Positions 39,418 through 54,127 of a stretch of 64,000 nucleotides of DNA are shown in pieces (position 1 is the stretch's first letter; the number at the start of each line of letters is the position of its first letter). The notes under the pieces are model-generated. The model was given only the letters and a program-made list of their open reading frames with translations. It was not told the DNA's origin and did not search any database. Origin of the DNA: Saccostrea echinata (taxonomy: Eukaryota); NCBI RefSeq assembly GCF_033153115.1, contig NW_026889805.1:6386001-6450000 (forward strand). The letters run 5' to 3'. A program made the translations under genes and the position numbers.

Positions 39418-42400
39418 CTAAAAATAAATAAAAATCATATTTTGAATTGAATTTCTTCATATCTATTCAAATATTTTTCAAATTTAATGCAAAATGAGCA
39501 TTGAATTTGGTAAAGATTGATTTTCGGACAATAATTTAAGTTTGCGCTCATATTTTTTATTCATTAACCTTTAAACAAATGACAACTGAACTCTCTAGAC
39601 TGAAAAAAAATAGCAAAAGTTAACGCTAAAATCACATGGAAATATTGAGGACATCCATATTGTGTATCTTGAAGAGAGAAAACAAGGACACCTGTCTCCT
39701 GATCGATATCCTTGGGAATGAAAGCGGCTTCTATGTAACGACGTCAGCTGACTCCCCGAGTGGGGGAGGTTTTACTAATTAAAGGTAAACCTAGACTAAT
39801 AATCAGCACACGAAAATTGGAAATTCAGTATGATATAGAAGTCTTTCATTTATCCATACAATCTTCATTTTACTTTGTATCGGCCTTTATTATTTCAAAG
39901 TTTGTTGAAGTAGGGCATGAATTCTTTGGGAGATAAACAATTCCTTTAATAGTCCACGATTCCTTCCAAATGTTCCCTGTCTCTACAGCTGTCAGAATCC
40001 AGAAATCCACACGAACGGTGACTAGAACACATGCTTTTTTTATTATTAAAAATGTTTCATGTTTCTACACTGAATATCTTATTTTGCTACAGATAAAGCT
40101 TTTCTAGTAATTTCTCGGAAGTTAAGAAGAGGCATTTCGAAATAAATTTAGATACTTTTCTTAGGTATATATCAATAAAGATTTGAGACTGAGAATGCAA
40201 AATAAAAGTATGTTTGATATGATACAGAAGTATAATAATCAACCTGAATTAAGTACATAGGTTTGAAAAAAAAGAAGAGATTTTTTAGGATGTGCATAGG
40301 CAAAACAACCTTTTGGTTAAAGATGCAAAAGTAACCATGCATATACCAGCGCCCTTCATTTGACCTCATTAGATTCATTAGCGGCAGGTACAAATCTATG
40401 AATATTTCATTTTACCTGTTTTACAAATGATTCTGGTGAGTAGTTTGTTAGAAGTTGGAGAAACAATCGACCTTTGATACTCTTTGTTCTAGATCCAATT
40501 ATCTTACTCAAAGATTTCCTAATACCACAAAATCGGCCATGTAAAAAAAATCTAAAAACAATAATGTTTGTGTGACATGGAGCCCTCTGTGATAACAAAG
40601 CCTCTATCAATTAGCTACACATTCTGTGGAAAAGACTAAAATAGACCTTTCCATTCCATTTTTACACACATCAGTTCTTATTTGGGTAGATAACTATATA
40701 TTTATAGATTTTGAACTATGTTAGGCAGTATTGAAATACCTCGCAAACGGTAGGAATCGTGACTTACGGAAAATTGCATCATAAAGAAGCTTACCGTTTC
40801 TAATGCAGATTAATATGAAAAATAGTTTGTATGACCTTTTATCTCTCAGTCTCTTTAGCTAAATGTGTTTTTGGACAAATCGAGCAGTACCATAACAAAG
40901 TACAGAAAAAGAGCACATAAATAATACTATTATGTTACTGTGTGTTTTGGTTTAATTTTATTTCAATAAACGGCTGTTTCTTTCATTTTTATAGCCTTTG
41001 AAATTTAAATAACCGAAGTGTTTGAAGAAAGAAATAGAAAGAAAAAAAAACAGATTCTATACTTCAGCTATTTAATAAACTTGAGCTTTCACTGGCCACT
41101 GGCTCAGAAGAGTTATACACTTTCAACTCCGTAGCTCTAGAAAGACATTATATAATAAGACATATTGCATTAGTAAAAAGAGAAAGCATTATTTTACGAG
41201 GGGTGATCAATTTGTAATGTAAATGTAGATGATATTAGAACTTTTCAAACGTACAGTAAAAACGCACTGTGTTGCTACTAATGCAATGGCCCTCTGATAA
41301 GAGAGATAACTTCCCAAGGAAATTAATCCAAGTTGTCCGGTGAATTGTCTTACCAGAGTTTAAAACACAGCTGTATAGTCTATTCATTCAAGTATGACTT
41401 ATGTTAAAAAAAAATTAATTTAACTTTCTTTGCCAATATTTTTGATAGTTACTTAATATTTTACCTAAAACATTTGTTTCTTATAAACTGTTAAAAAGTG
41501 AGATATTTCTATCTCTTAATAAACATTTTTATTTAATTGTACAGTAATTTATTATGTACCGGATGTAGAATTTTCATTTATTATATATTTTTACCTTGAA
41601 AATATTTTGAAAAAAGATACCACATATATGGACAGATAACTCTTGTAGATGGATGCATTTTTACAAGCACAGACAACAATGTGATATTCTGATTTACTCG
41701 GTATAAAGCACCGCTTCATTATGTTTTCGAGCATGAATTTAATATGTTTGACACTAAATATTATTTTCATATTTTTAATTTTACGTTGAGATAATAAATT
41801 ATTGAACTTTGTATTCACTGTGTCAAAATTTCTTCATATCATGATCAGACATAATACATATGTATTCATTTCAGAAAAAGTAAGCAACGCTTCATATTTC
41901 AATTATTTTTTACGATTTGAATTTGATGCTATTGTTGTTGATGAAAATCAACGTTGGGAATTTAAAAAAAAGTGAAATTTAGAGCAGAGGGTTATTACAC
42001 TTAAAAAGAAGATCTACAATAATTCTGGTATTCTGTAAATAATGACCGTTAAGTGTTAAAAAAAAATACTACCTAATGATGACGTCATTGAGTTCGGAGC
42101 CACCTTAACTTTCATTTGGAAAAAAAAAATAGACAAAAAGAACCTTTGCGTATAAATATGGTCCAGTTGAAAAAATTCTACATCTTAATTTCATTTCTAT
42201 CTATAGCTATAGAGTATAGTTAAAAGACGCGTGCAAAAAGGTGTTTAATTACTAGAAAGCTTGTAAATGTAATCAGTGAAGAGTGTTGACGCTTTTTCAC
42301 CCTTGACATTATTGTGACATTTTCAAACTCAGTGATTTGTGATATCGGGCCAAAATAACTCCAAATACATGTATAAAAATAGCAGAAAGCATAAGATAGA

Positions 42401-42830
42401 TAGTATTGAAGCATGAATGTTGAAATCAAGCGAAGAAACAAATTGACCTTCTTTTAGTAACTACGATAAACAATTTTGGTAAATCACGTGATCAGATGAT
42501 CCAGTTCTTCAGTTCCTGTTCATCTCTCTACATTTCCTGTCTCTCAAATCATTCATTCATTAAAACAATATCGATTTTCGTAAGGCCTCTTTTAAAATCA
42601 AATTCATCATCGATTTCTACAGTAATTATGACATTAAACCTTTTACAGAATGACAACGCAATAAAATCAAGGACCATTATCACATGTTTGTAAAACAGTA
42701 ACAATACGACAAAGTTTGATAGCAAATTTAAACAAGGTTGCAGATTACGACAGGATAATTTTTCAATTATCTGCACCATTCTATTAATTCTGTCCTTGCT
42801 TTCTTCCTGTGACAATTCAGTATGACTTAC

Positions 42831-42903
42831 CTTGACTTTGATGTGCTTTGCTGGTTGACAAACACAAAACTTCACTTCCTTAATCCATCCACTATATTCT
42901 GTC
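42831..42903 (-). other. Candidate non-coding 5' UTR exon of Elk (73 nt)
   Basis: Consensus acceptor ttttgttttcag|G and consensus donor AAG|GTAAGT, on the gene's strand 3.4 kb upstream of the ATG exon. No transcript evidence. Confidence 0.5.
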
Positions 42904-45619
42904 CTGAAAACAAAAGTGTATTGTTGACCAAGGAGAACAAAATGCAAAGTCCATACTCTTATCATTTCAACACAATAGGGAAATACTCTATCTGCGGGAG
43001 ACAGTCCTATTTACCGATTTTTACCATCATCCATTCCATTGTTACACCTGTTTAAATTTCCTTTTCTGTAGTTTCCCGTGATGATTGAATAAATAATTAA
43101 TAACATCATTGGATGAATTCTCTGGTGATTAAACAATTATTATAAGACTGAGGAAAAAGTGAGAGCATTCACTCAGGGACTTGTAACGCTTTTTATTTTT
43201 TTTTACCTCAAACATTTGGTAAAAGCAGCCCGGTTAATTAGTTTTTGCACTTCAAAGCACAGCTCAGGGTCTTGCATTATAATAAATCAATGATTTCTCT
43301 TAAATTTGGACTAACGGACAAAGGTCGCTTTAAAACAGACATACGCCAAAATAATAAAGAAAACCATATCCATTTTTTTACAGAGTTACCAAACTTAAAA
43401 GCATGGGAACCTGTAATGTTAAGCAAGCTTCAGTTTTATTTTCTTTCTGCATAAAGAGAAAATAACTATAGAGTAAGATTGTTTGAATTGTTTTCATCAT
43501 AGAAACTCATTTAAAATTTCAAAACAGGCTTCATCAAATGTGGGGAAACGTACTCCTCATTAATACTTTCAAACATTTAAATTGCTTTAAAGATGTTCCT
43601 ATTGTATAGTTGCAGAACTTTATTCTAAGTACTAATATGGAAATCACGCAAGAAATCTTAGAATAAAGCATTGAAAAAGAACAAGTTGAGGTCCAGATCT
43701 AATTTAAAAGTGAATAATTTACATACAACACTACTTTTCTGCTATTAACCTTACTTTACGTAAACAGTAACATTTTACAGAGTGTTTCTTCTCATCCATA
43801 TTGAATTATATAAAAATAAAGATTAAAGGGGCGCACAAAATAAGAAAAACTCTCGTTACGAGAATAAACCTTTAAGTTTAAAAAAGAACAGAACCTGATT
43901 ACCTATATCATGAATTCTTGTCGAAATGGTATTCTTTGACATGCTCAATTATACAAGGTTATGGAATTTGCTTCTATTTTCATTCTAAAGAATTTTATTA
44001 TAATATTTCTTTTGTTAATGATAAATGAGTCTACATTTGAATTGATGTCTGGTTGACCATTAAATATTATACATAGCCCTTTGAGTGGTTCAGAGTTATT
44101 GGTGATCAAATACATCCATAACTAAAACATGTTAACAAATACATCATTGCAAAAGATTTCACAACAGATATTCTAATAAAAAAATTCAACAAAATTAAAA
44201 GCAAAGACCTTTTTACAATTAACACACCATATAACAAATGCTAGTACCTTTGGGGAAAAAATTTATAATCTTCGATATCTAAAGTTAATTCAATAAATCA
44301 ATCTGTTCAAAGTTCTATGGATTACGATGACTTTCGCAATGATTGAAAACATATAGGATCATATACTGAGAAGAGGGAAGCAATTACTAAAGCTCGTACA
44401 AAGACACATAGTACAAAAAATGATTTTAAAAAATACCGGTACCTACTACGGGCGAAGGAATAGTCATTATACTGAAATCATACCATAATTTTTAATTATC
44501 CATAATTTTTAATTATAATTATAAACCAATTAGAGAGGAACTTGACAGTTTCAATAATGGATTTTCTGTTTTATTTTTTACTTCTATTTCAGATCTTCAC
44601 GTACACAGCATCATTTCAGATATTGTATTGATGGCAATCTTTATGTATCCCTCTATCACAAGATTCTTTAATATAATATGATTTAACTACAGATAGAAAG
44701 GATTATTTGATTAAATCACAATATATTAATTAAAAAAACCCACATGTATCTAAATTACAATTCATTGATCGTGATAATAGTTTATTTATCTTTATCTTAA
44801 TCAAAATACTAGCCACTAACAGCTGTGTTAATAATCTGTCTTTTCATGTCATTATTTAATGAAACATTGATAATTTTATCATATGCCTTGTAAAGATTTT
44901 CCATATTCAAACATAATTGCATTAGAAAGAGGGAAACGGTTTGAATGTAAAATGTGAAGATTACGAACCGTTATTAATCTCACAATAAAAGTAAAGATAT
45001 AAAAGCAACAGAAGCAACAGAAAAAGATCAAAAACCCGGCGTTAAGCGCAGTCACCCTTGGCTCTTTAAAAAGATAGAATCAGTTTAAACATATAGAGAG
45101 CAAATTTGAAATTTCTTTGCGGTATTAAAACCATAGCAACCATTACCAACCAATAAATATATTTCTTTCTGGAATATGTTACAAGGATCTTTATTATTTG
45201 ATTTCAAATCACCAATAATTGGTTTTATTTTTGAGTTTATAAATTTATAAAAATGAATGAATAAAATTATTAATTTTGAATATTTTGTTTCCATAGTAAG
45301 GTATGTAATAATTGATTTCCTTAATATGTTTATCATGCATTTAAGACATCAACCTTCCATCTTTTGGAAACAGTTATTGTCACTTGTCTGTATTGTTGCA
45401 AACGTTAACCATAGGGCTCTGAACATGTTTAAAAATGCCATTTTTCGATATTTAGGGCATTTGGCCATGGTAACCATGACATTTATCAACTAACTTAAGC
45501 ATGATTTTTAGTTTATGGTATCAAATACTTTTATCATGGAGAGTTTTGAGAAATTCTGAGACGATGTATGCCACAGCTCTTATATATAAGTTTATGTCAT
45601 TACAGAGAATGGCTCTAAA

Positions 45620-46125
45620 TACCTGGGAGCAGAGAAGATTTCAAAAGATATAATGCATTTTCACAATACATGCAAAAGAGCCCCGTCCTTACACTAAAAC
45701 TCTTGACCCAGGGGCTATGAAGTTCACAATTGTGGAAGAGGACCCTTTATCACTATAATTAGGCACTTTGTTTGCTAAATATCCAGAAGATATTTAAATA
45801 ATTCATGCATATTCATTTGATCTATAGATCCCCGCCCTAACGCCAGAACCTTTGACTCAGGTGCCATGATCCCTGCTCATCATAACTTTGCACTTATTTT
45901 GTCTGCTAGATCCCCAAGAGCGTAGAGAAAGATTTTCAAAGAAATAATGCATTTTCACGATGTAATCAATAGCCCCCCCCCTTTCCTATCAGATCACAAT
46001 TTTGGGAGAGGTACTCTTGCTCATCGTAACCTCCTAGTTTATCTGCTTAATATACAGGGGGAGAGCTTAATATACAAGGGAAGAGGAGACGACATTTAAA
46101 AGAATTTATGCATTTTCATTATATG
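45620..46125. repeat. Degenerate satellite-like array, same unit family as 54400-54780
   Basis: Recurring gaagatttt-aaaga-ataatgcattttcac and cacaatt-tgg-agagg motifs. Confidence 0.65.
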
Positions 46126-46134
46126 CTCATTGAA

Positions 46135-46637
46135 GTCCCGCTTGAAAAGCAGGGGGTATGTAGTGATGAGGGTGTCCATCTGTCCGTCTAGCTGTCTGTA
46201 CGTCCGTAAGTCCGTCTGTCCGTTACGCTTTGGGGTACCCATTTCTTATCCGCAACTCTTCTTATACCACTGAATGAAATTTAATGAGACTTTCACAGAA
46301 TGTTTATTACATAGTGCCATTGTGCACCTTCTATTTTACTTTTTGATCGGACACATATTTCGGGTTTCCCATAGCAAAACAAGGACACTGCCAATTTTTC
46401 TATAATATTGAGGGGTACCCATCTCTTATCCACAACTCCTCCTATACCACTGAATAAAATTTAATGATAATTTCACAGATTCTTTATTACATAGTGCTAT
46501 TGTGCACGTCCTATTTTACATTTGATCTGATACTTATTTCGGGTCTCCCATAGCAAACCATGGACTTTGCCATTATAATCATATGGGAGGCAGGGGTATC
46601 ATTTTGTTAGTTCAATGCTCACAGTACCTCTTAGTTT
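46135..46637 (+). mobile_element. HINE-like element with two 180-bp tandem units
   Basis: 5' short inverted repeat, (GTCY)n tract, units starting ggggtaccc at 46232 and 46412, 3' gcaggggtat, end tagttt. Confidence 0.75.
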
Positions 46638-48429
46638 GATTTGGAGTCATACGTGTAACAATAATTATTGAAAGTAAAGTTACAACAAGACCAATGGTTT
46701 GTTTTGGAACACATCCACAACTACAAAATTACATCAAAAACAACGATGAAACCCTTGAAAATCTTCAAAAGAAACATTAGAGAACTTCAATAGCATACGT
46801 TTCTGTCCATGATCAGTATGAAGAATATATTCATTAGTAGACATTGTAATGGCTCCGGACGCCTAAAGGCGCGTGAAAGATCTAGCAATGTGCTGGAGAG
46901 AAGGTATTTATACGCCGAAGCTTGCTCGTTATCTTCGTAACAAGCTTCATTATCTAAGCAAGTAAAGACTCCGTGAATAATGAACCGGGTTCCCAAGGTA
47001 AATGCGTCCATTATTAACTACGGAAAATATGTCTTTTGTGCAGGACCATGTCTTCTTCGTTGATTACCCCCATACTGAATTTAAATTAAACTATCATGAA
47101 TTGATCTTCAAAATGTTTTGCATACATAATCAGACACATTGATCTTTATTGTCAAACTATCAGAACATTTATCAATGCTTTCTATAAATATGAACGTATG
47201 TGCATGAAATTAAAAACGAATAACAGTAAAGTTTGGTTATAATTACAGGGCCTGGCAAACTTACCAACGGACTAAGAGACGGACAAAGGTAGTCTTAAAA
47301 TACGTCAATATACACAATCGGAATATATTCGTTCTGGAATATTGTAGCGGACAGTATATAGGGAACATATACCGCCTCGCAAGTGAGCTAGCTTTTTGGG
47401 AGTTGAACTATGTTCAATCTCCCTTGGTCATCACGGGCTTTCTAAGCGCAGTAATTTGTATTGATTATATAGTGACCGTCCGTGGGGCTTCTGTGTCGAC
47501 CAATTTACTCCTGTGATATTCAATGTAAACTTGCATAAACGTCCGCCATAAAATAGTCCATTTTCTGAATTTATCTAACTTTGATAAATGACATGAAACT
47601 AAATGCAATTGAATTTCATTTAACTTAATTTGAATACTATATTTTGATTAAATTAAAATTGATCTATACAGAACTAAAAAGATGTTGAAAATTCCCTTGC
47701 AGCACATACAGCGGCACCTGTAAACAACGAGATGGAAATTAACGACAACTCTGCACATGTAACTATATGACTGCGCGAAACCTCTTGGCATTGACTAACG
47801 CGTGGTAAAAATTATTTCACAATCAATATTATACCTATATTTTTTTAGCCATAAATATTCCAAGTTTTCAACAATATTTATTTGGTAATACAATAAACAT
47901 CAAAAGAATAAACAAATTACATGTACATTGATTTGGATATAAATGAACAATTGTTCGTTTAATATTGGATCCTAATACGTTTAACATCGAAGAGGAAGAA
48001 AATCGAAGAGAAGGTGATTAACGTAAACAGAAAGGTGAAACTTTAAGATAAATTACTAGATTAAGCTTTTTGAGTTTTCAAGTTGTTTTCATGTTGTGGC
48101 ATAAAATTTATAAGCATTTCACTTATATGAAATTTTTGATAAGTCGGAACAGCCGAGTCTGACATTTGAACTACATGTACATGTAAATTTTAAGTGGGAA
48201 AACAACAAATTATAACCGTTTACGTTAGATTCATATAACAAACTGAAACTGTTTTTTTTTTATTGTTATTTTTTCAAACTTCCAGACAATTAATTGTCAT
48301 GTGAAGAAGGAATTAAACCATGGCAAAATCTCGCAAATATTTCACCTATGCTTCTAAGTACATTAGGACAGACACAACTGTAAAGTCTATACAACTGTAA
48401 ATGAATTTACCGTGCAGTGATTTTCAGAG

Positions 48430-48865
48430 CAGAGTTGTCAAAATTTTTGAATCACTGTCAGACATTTGGTCTGACAAAGTCAAATGATCTGTTAGACTGG
48501 ACAAAGTTTTGACAGACCAGATACATGCACCTTATTTTGTACGCTAAATCGCTGATAAAGGGAAAAAATAATAGCACTAAAATAAGAAGTCTTTTAAGTT
48601 TTATGATATTCGATCTCACAAAAAATCCAATCTTATGATACAGAGTCTCTAATCAGAGACATGCTTTAACAATTTTGATCGACAATCGGCACCATACGGA
48701 CGTTTTCGACGTTTTGTGGCCCTTACCTAGGCACAGCGTTTTAGAAATTTGCATCACGTTCAATGTTTTAAACGGTCGTTTGGACCACCGTTTTCTTGTA
48801 CGTTATCGGTCCAGAAAATTCCTTTCCGACCTTGCCGACAAGACTGAGTGTTTTTGACCACTCTG
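48430..48865. mobile_element. hAT-like MITE
   Basis: TIR cagagttgtcaaaa / ttttgaccactctg; subterminal gtcagac/gtctgac motifs. Confidence 0.6.
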
Positions 48866-49439
48866 CAGATAAGAATTACTTATAAAGAGAGAAGTAAATT
48901 TGTGACAATTTCAGATGACATTAATTTTTAATCCTAAATTTCATGAATTTATCAACATTTAGTGGGTCACGTGTACAACACTAGTACTGAACTTGAAAAA
49001 CGTGTGTTACATTAATTAATGCATTTCAACATGTCTGCATATAAAAGTGTATTGCAGTAATACGTTATCATTAAAAAATGTTTCATTTGATTTTATCAAT
49101 AAAACAATTAAAATGAATGAATACATGCGTGTGCGGACACAATGGCTTATTAAGACCAGTGATCGATATGTGAGAGAGATCGATCCTCATTATTACAACA
49201 GTTTTATTTCTTGCAGTAGCTCGTTAAACTACATCTGATTTTTGAAAAATCAAAACAGATTCAAGTCGATCGTTTTAACTCATTGAAAGTTTGAAAAACT
49301 TGTCCAGCTCAGCTATATAGTATACCTGAAATTCAATTACACTGAAATTTGTATCAAATCAAAATCACAAATAGTAAATGTCACTCGCGTTGCACAGTTG
49401 TTCAAAATCGTTTGCTCTTGAGATTCAAAGTAATGTGTT

Positions 49440-49674
49440 AATCATTACGTCGTGGATTCGAATCCCACTGCGGTATGCATTTAGAAACGGATGAGACCGT
49501 ACAAACTGAGATCCCATTTCGCAGTAGATGCTGGCACCAAAAAAAATCCCTCACTGCTCAATGGTTCTAAGTGTCCTGTATAGGTAAAAATTTGCAGCCC
49601 TAGCCTCCATTGGCAAGTGGTAGTGTCTCTTTATGAGTAAAAATTCTCGAAGAGATGTAAAACAAACAAACAAA
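49440..49674 (+). mobile_element. tRNA-derived SINE with Deu/Nin-like central domain
   Basis: Pol III B-box-like GGATTCGAATCCC (~49455), GGATGAGAC...AAACTGAGATCCC core and (AAAC)n tail; body matches 11385-11572. Confidence 0.65.
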
Positions 49675-50288
49675 AGGCAAAGTCTTCTAGGTACTTACTT
49701 CTATATAGAAATTTCTTGACATGAAATTAAAAATTATGGGATGTTAAAAAAAAATACATAATGATTGAGTTATAAAGATAAAAAAAATTTTGATAGGAAA
49801 ATTAAATACAAAAATTCTATAAAAATTAATTATTGTGTCCGAAAAGAACCAGTTATACCCAAAAGATAATATCAACTGCTTGTTCCAATCAGAGGGAAAA
49901 AAATGACGATATAGCGTCTGGTGATGGTAACATTGAAAATAAAAAGTGCCAGTTGGTTGTTGGCACCAAGGATCTTCTACATATTCAGAAGAGAGTAGGG
50001 AGGGCGTCTTGCTTCAAATGCTTTCTTAGGTATTTGAAATAAATTATCAATGTTCGAAAAATTAAAGAAAGGAGCCCAGAGGATAAAGATTTTATTTTCA
50101 GAAATTGGGATAAGCTGTATCGTATGCCCATTAATATTTTACTGATTCATATATTACATCCAAATGACTTAAAAAGTATCGTTTGTTTTGAGAGAACTTT
50201 GCTGCAATAGAACCATTAGAATGCAAACCATTCAAAGTTGTGTTGATTCATGCAGTTTGCTTAACAAATTAAGACCGCGGAACAATTT

Positions 50289-50982
50289 GGGTGGGTACAA
50301 TTTGACACGGACGTCCGAGAAAACATTGGATTGAAATTCTAGTTTGAAATTCATTTTCAATCCACCTCAGCTACGCAAGAATGTACGGTGTTACTGATTG
50401 ACCAAGAAGACAAATAATTTCAATTTTGGAATAGTTTGAAATTTATATAAATCAGAATTTTCTGTCCAGTGTATTTAAAGAAATATAAATGGACAAATAT
50501 TTGATTTATGTTTGGTATGTGTATGTGTGTGCTGGGAGGGAGACGGGCTGAACGATCTTGGAATAAATATGAAAATTTTCTTTTAAATTGACAACCCCTC
50601 CCTGCTTTTGTTTATCAAACAGTTTTCAGTGAAGACAAAACTAAAAAAAAAAGCTTTTGTCATCCTAGAAATAAATATATTCTATCATGTGAAGGCATGA
50701 TCTTACTCGACAATTTTTGCCCCCCCCCCCTCTTCTAGAATCAAATGGCCGTCCCTGAAAAAGTAATCCCCGTCTTCTTTTACGTATCCTTAAAATTATA
50801 AGCTAAAGTACTCATAAATATGAATGTCAAACAACATGTATTTGGGAATTGAAATTATTTGTCTTTCGGATCATACATTCACATTTTAGGTTTGAAAACA
50901 GCTCAGGTGGATTGAAAATGAATTTCAAACTAGAATTTTAATCCAATGTTTTCTCGGACGTCCATGTTGATTGTACCCGCCC
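50289..50982. mobile_element. MITE with ~84-bp TIRs and 4-bp ATTT TSD (Sola1-like)
   Basis: gggtgggtacaa...ccacctcagct / agctcaggtgg...ttgtacccgccc; ATTT at 50285-50288 and 50983-50986 fits the AWWT TSD of Sola1. Confidence 0.75.
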
Positions 50983-51290
50983 ATTTCATTGTCCCTCTTT
51001 AAACATTATGATTGTAACAGATGAAAATTTAAATGACGTAAGCTGAATATTTCTAATTTCGCCAGTTAATGTTCTGCGCTCTTATATTATATGGATCCTA
51101 TGTGGAATTGGCTAAAAATGAATTTTGGATATTTAATAAATTAAATAAATTGGGATTTAAGTTGAATGTATGTGTACAGGAAAAAAATCTTCATAATTGC
51201 AAAACATTGTTGTTAATATTGTGTAGATTTAGAGACCCCTATGAGTTTGATATTGCCATATTAATTTATGCGGACACATTTTTTTCATGA

Positions 51291-51576
51291 CAGGCACGTA
51301 GTGTCGGGGAGGGGGGAGGGGTCTGCCCCCCCCCCCCACTTTTTTCCAAACATGAAATTTTATAAAATCTTAATATTGTAAATGTTCATTGAAAGTCCGC
51401 CCCCCCCCCACCCCCACTGTTTGTTGCAGAATATTCAAATAAGGGTGATGTAGTAGTGTATGAGTAAAATTTGATACTGAAAGAAGTTTGAAACCTATCC
51501 CCACACCCAAAAAATAGAATTTTCGAGTTAATTTTCGAGCCCCCCCCCCCTTTTAAAAAACTATGCTACGTCCCTG
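51291..51576. mobile_element. hAT-like MITE with poly-C/G tracts
   Basis: TIR caggcacgtag / ctacgtccctg. Confidence 0.65.
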
Positions 51577-52817
51577 CATGGGAATATTAAGTGGTAAAAG
51601 TTTTTGAAAATCTGAATAAGAACAGCACGGTTAAAGTCATTAAAGTTACTCAGGTGAGTATTGTGGTCCATGATCTTCGTTATTCAAATGTTTTTGAAAT
51701 TATTTCTAATGTTTGGTGTTGTACATGTATCTCTGTCAAATCTGCAATAGTTGACTTATATCTAAAGCATGAAAAAATGTTCCGACACTATAGCTCCTTT
51801 ACTTCCTATTAAATCTTTCACATTACAATGTTCAACTCCCATGAGTACTTTCAGTACTTTGATTTAGTGATGCGGTAGAGTCTTCCTCTATTTCTGGCAA
51901 GTTAAGGAGCGACGAGCCTGTAAACCCTTGGATGGTGACCGCTTCACTTTACAATATTTTAAATTATCTGGGACCGCCACACTTTCTCATTATCGTTTTT
52001 TTCTATTCCTACACTATAATGAAGAGTTAGCCAAAAGGAAATACTACTACTTATAAATAAAAACATCTCTTTGCACATGATTTGCCTTGTGTTGACAGTT
52101 GTCGTTATAACCGTTAGGACATTTTAAATATCAGCCCGTCTCTGAAGACACAAATGAGAATCAAATTGATTTTTCTTGCTTAAGTTGGTGTGTTTTCGGA
52201 TATGACCTTGATTCAGTCATATATCTATATCAAATATCAAGGTCAATTTAGCTGTACAGCTTCACTAGTGATTTTTAAAATTACTTTGTATAAAGGGAAT
52301 GAACTTAATCAAACTGTTCTGTTATGTGTTTGATTTTTAAAGTTTTATAGTTGATGAATTTTCATTTCCTGTTTATGAATGAGATCAGTGTCTTATAATT
52401 GTAGTGGGTGGGCAGTTATTCTCCGACATCGGCTTTTTTTTTTTATAACTATAGTGGATATAAAAATAGTATCGATTTTACTGCGATCACCAAACGACAC
52501 TCAAGAGCATTTTCCAAATTTCCTCATTTTTCAAACTTGTGCACCGTGTTTGCTGAAGAAAAATACACAGAAAATTGAAATTATGAAACATAATGAGATT
52601 AAGATTTGCAAATTAGACAAATCTGTGAATTTTTTTTTGTGTTAACACTTTCAAAACATTGCTTATTTCTGAACCATTTTCCAGTTCGAGTGATTTGGTT
52701 ATTTTGCAATTTTTTGCTAGCAAAAGGCTATAGTACAGGGTATGTAATAAAAGCAATTTTACTTTTCTATAATTTTATATAATTTCAGACTTACGTGATT
52801 AAGTTAATTGATAATGT

Positions 52818-53378
52818 AGAAAAAGACGTTTATAGTAACCTAACAACCAAGCTTTATGATAAACTTGATGACTTCATCTTTTCAATCGTCAATTTCCCTT
52901 ACTTATGTAGCAATATACCCTTATCATATACCTGCATTTGGGTTTATATATCTCAGTTGATTCGATACGCAAGGGCATGCTCTACGAACGAACAATTTCT
53001 AAAAGGAGGCAAGCTATTGACAAACAAGTTGATGAGACAAGAATATCAACAGTCTCGTTTAAATTCATCATGATCATTTCGCAAGTTCTTTGGTCGATAC
53101 AATGACCTTGTCAGCAAATACAATCTATCATTAAATCAAATGCTGTCTGACGTTTGTTATACTAATTGTTAGGTCATTCTTTATGCACTGAATTGTCTAC
53201 GGATTTTTCTGATTTTCCCGTTGATTAGGAGCAAACGGCGGGTGTGACCAGTCGGCAGGGGAAGCTCACTCCTTCATGGTACCTCTGATGTTTTAGACGT
53301 CCGTGTTTGCTCTGCTCCTGATTTGTATTGTTTGAATGAATTTGGAGCTTGAATACTGTTCGTTGTCTCAATATTTCA
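52818..53378 (+). mobile_element. Naiad-like PLE 3' fragment (subfamily A)
   Basis: TTKLYDKLDDFIFSIVNFPYLCSNIPLS...[18 protein letters not shown] and the tail. Confidence 0.8.
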
Positions 53379-54127
53379 GTATTTCACAGATATCTTAGGA
53401 TCAGTGTTATACATGTATAAATCTTCGCTAGGATTAGCATGAAAAATGAGTTATCATCGTAATTTTTGCATCAGTGTAAAAAGTAATTCTGATTGGTTCT
53501 CTGTCAAACAAATGACAACGACCGGAACCAGAGTGGAAAACTTTAGATAGATTTAATGATCCTTTTTTTCTATACTCTTTTGTGTTTGTTAGAATGATTT
53601 CGTTTCAGATTACCCATAATTTATCAAACTTGTCATCGTTATACTGGGTGGAAGTGATACGTTGTATTATATGCCTTCAGCCTGTCACTAAATGAATTTC
53701 TATTCCAGACAAATTGAGAGCGCGCAAAAATGAAATCTTTCTTTGGGACTAACTTTAACCAAAATGGCATAACAATTTCTTGTCTGTCTGAGTTTTTGTT
53801 TGTCTGAGACAAACAGTTATCTGAGTAATATGTGTAAAACTGAAGTAAAAACGTGTATTTTTTTTCTCATTACTGGTTCCTATAAATAAATAAACAAATT
53901 TCATAACAGCTAGGAAACAAAAATCAATAACATGTACATATTTCATGCCTTTCTGCTCATGTTTGGAACTCTAAATGTATCAATCAATTTTATTTGTTAT
54001 TGTTAACCACTAATTTATTTACTAAAATGAGACAAAACGCCTAAAACAATTACCCTATTTCTTGTTCCTCCCTCCGCCATTCCATCCCCACCCGGAAAAG
54101 AAATGTGAATAATATATGTACACAAGT

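Noticed and set aside
19814-42087. Three TGACGTCA (CRE) palindromes at 19814, 33135 and 42080
   Set aside because: They are scattered and only slightly above chance for 64 kb; there is no supporting evidence.
42549-42965. 138-aa ORF upstream of Elk
   Set aside because: No recognisable domain, and it runs across splice signals of the candidate UTR exon.
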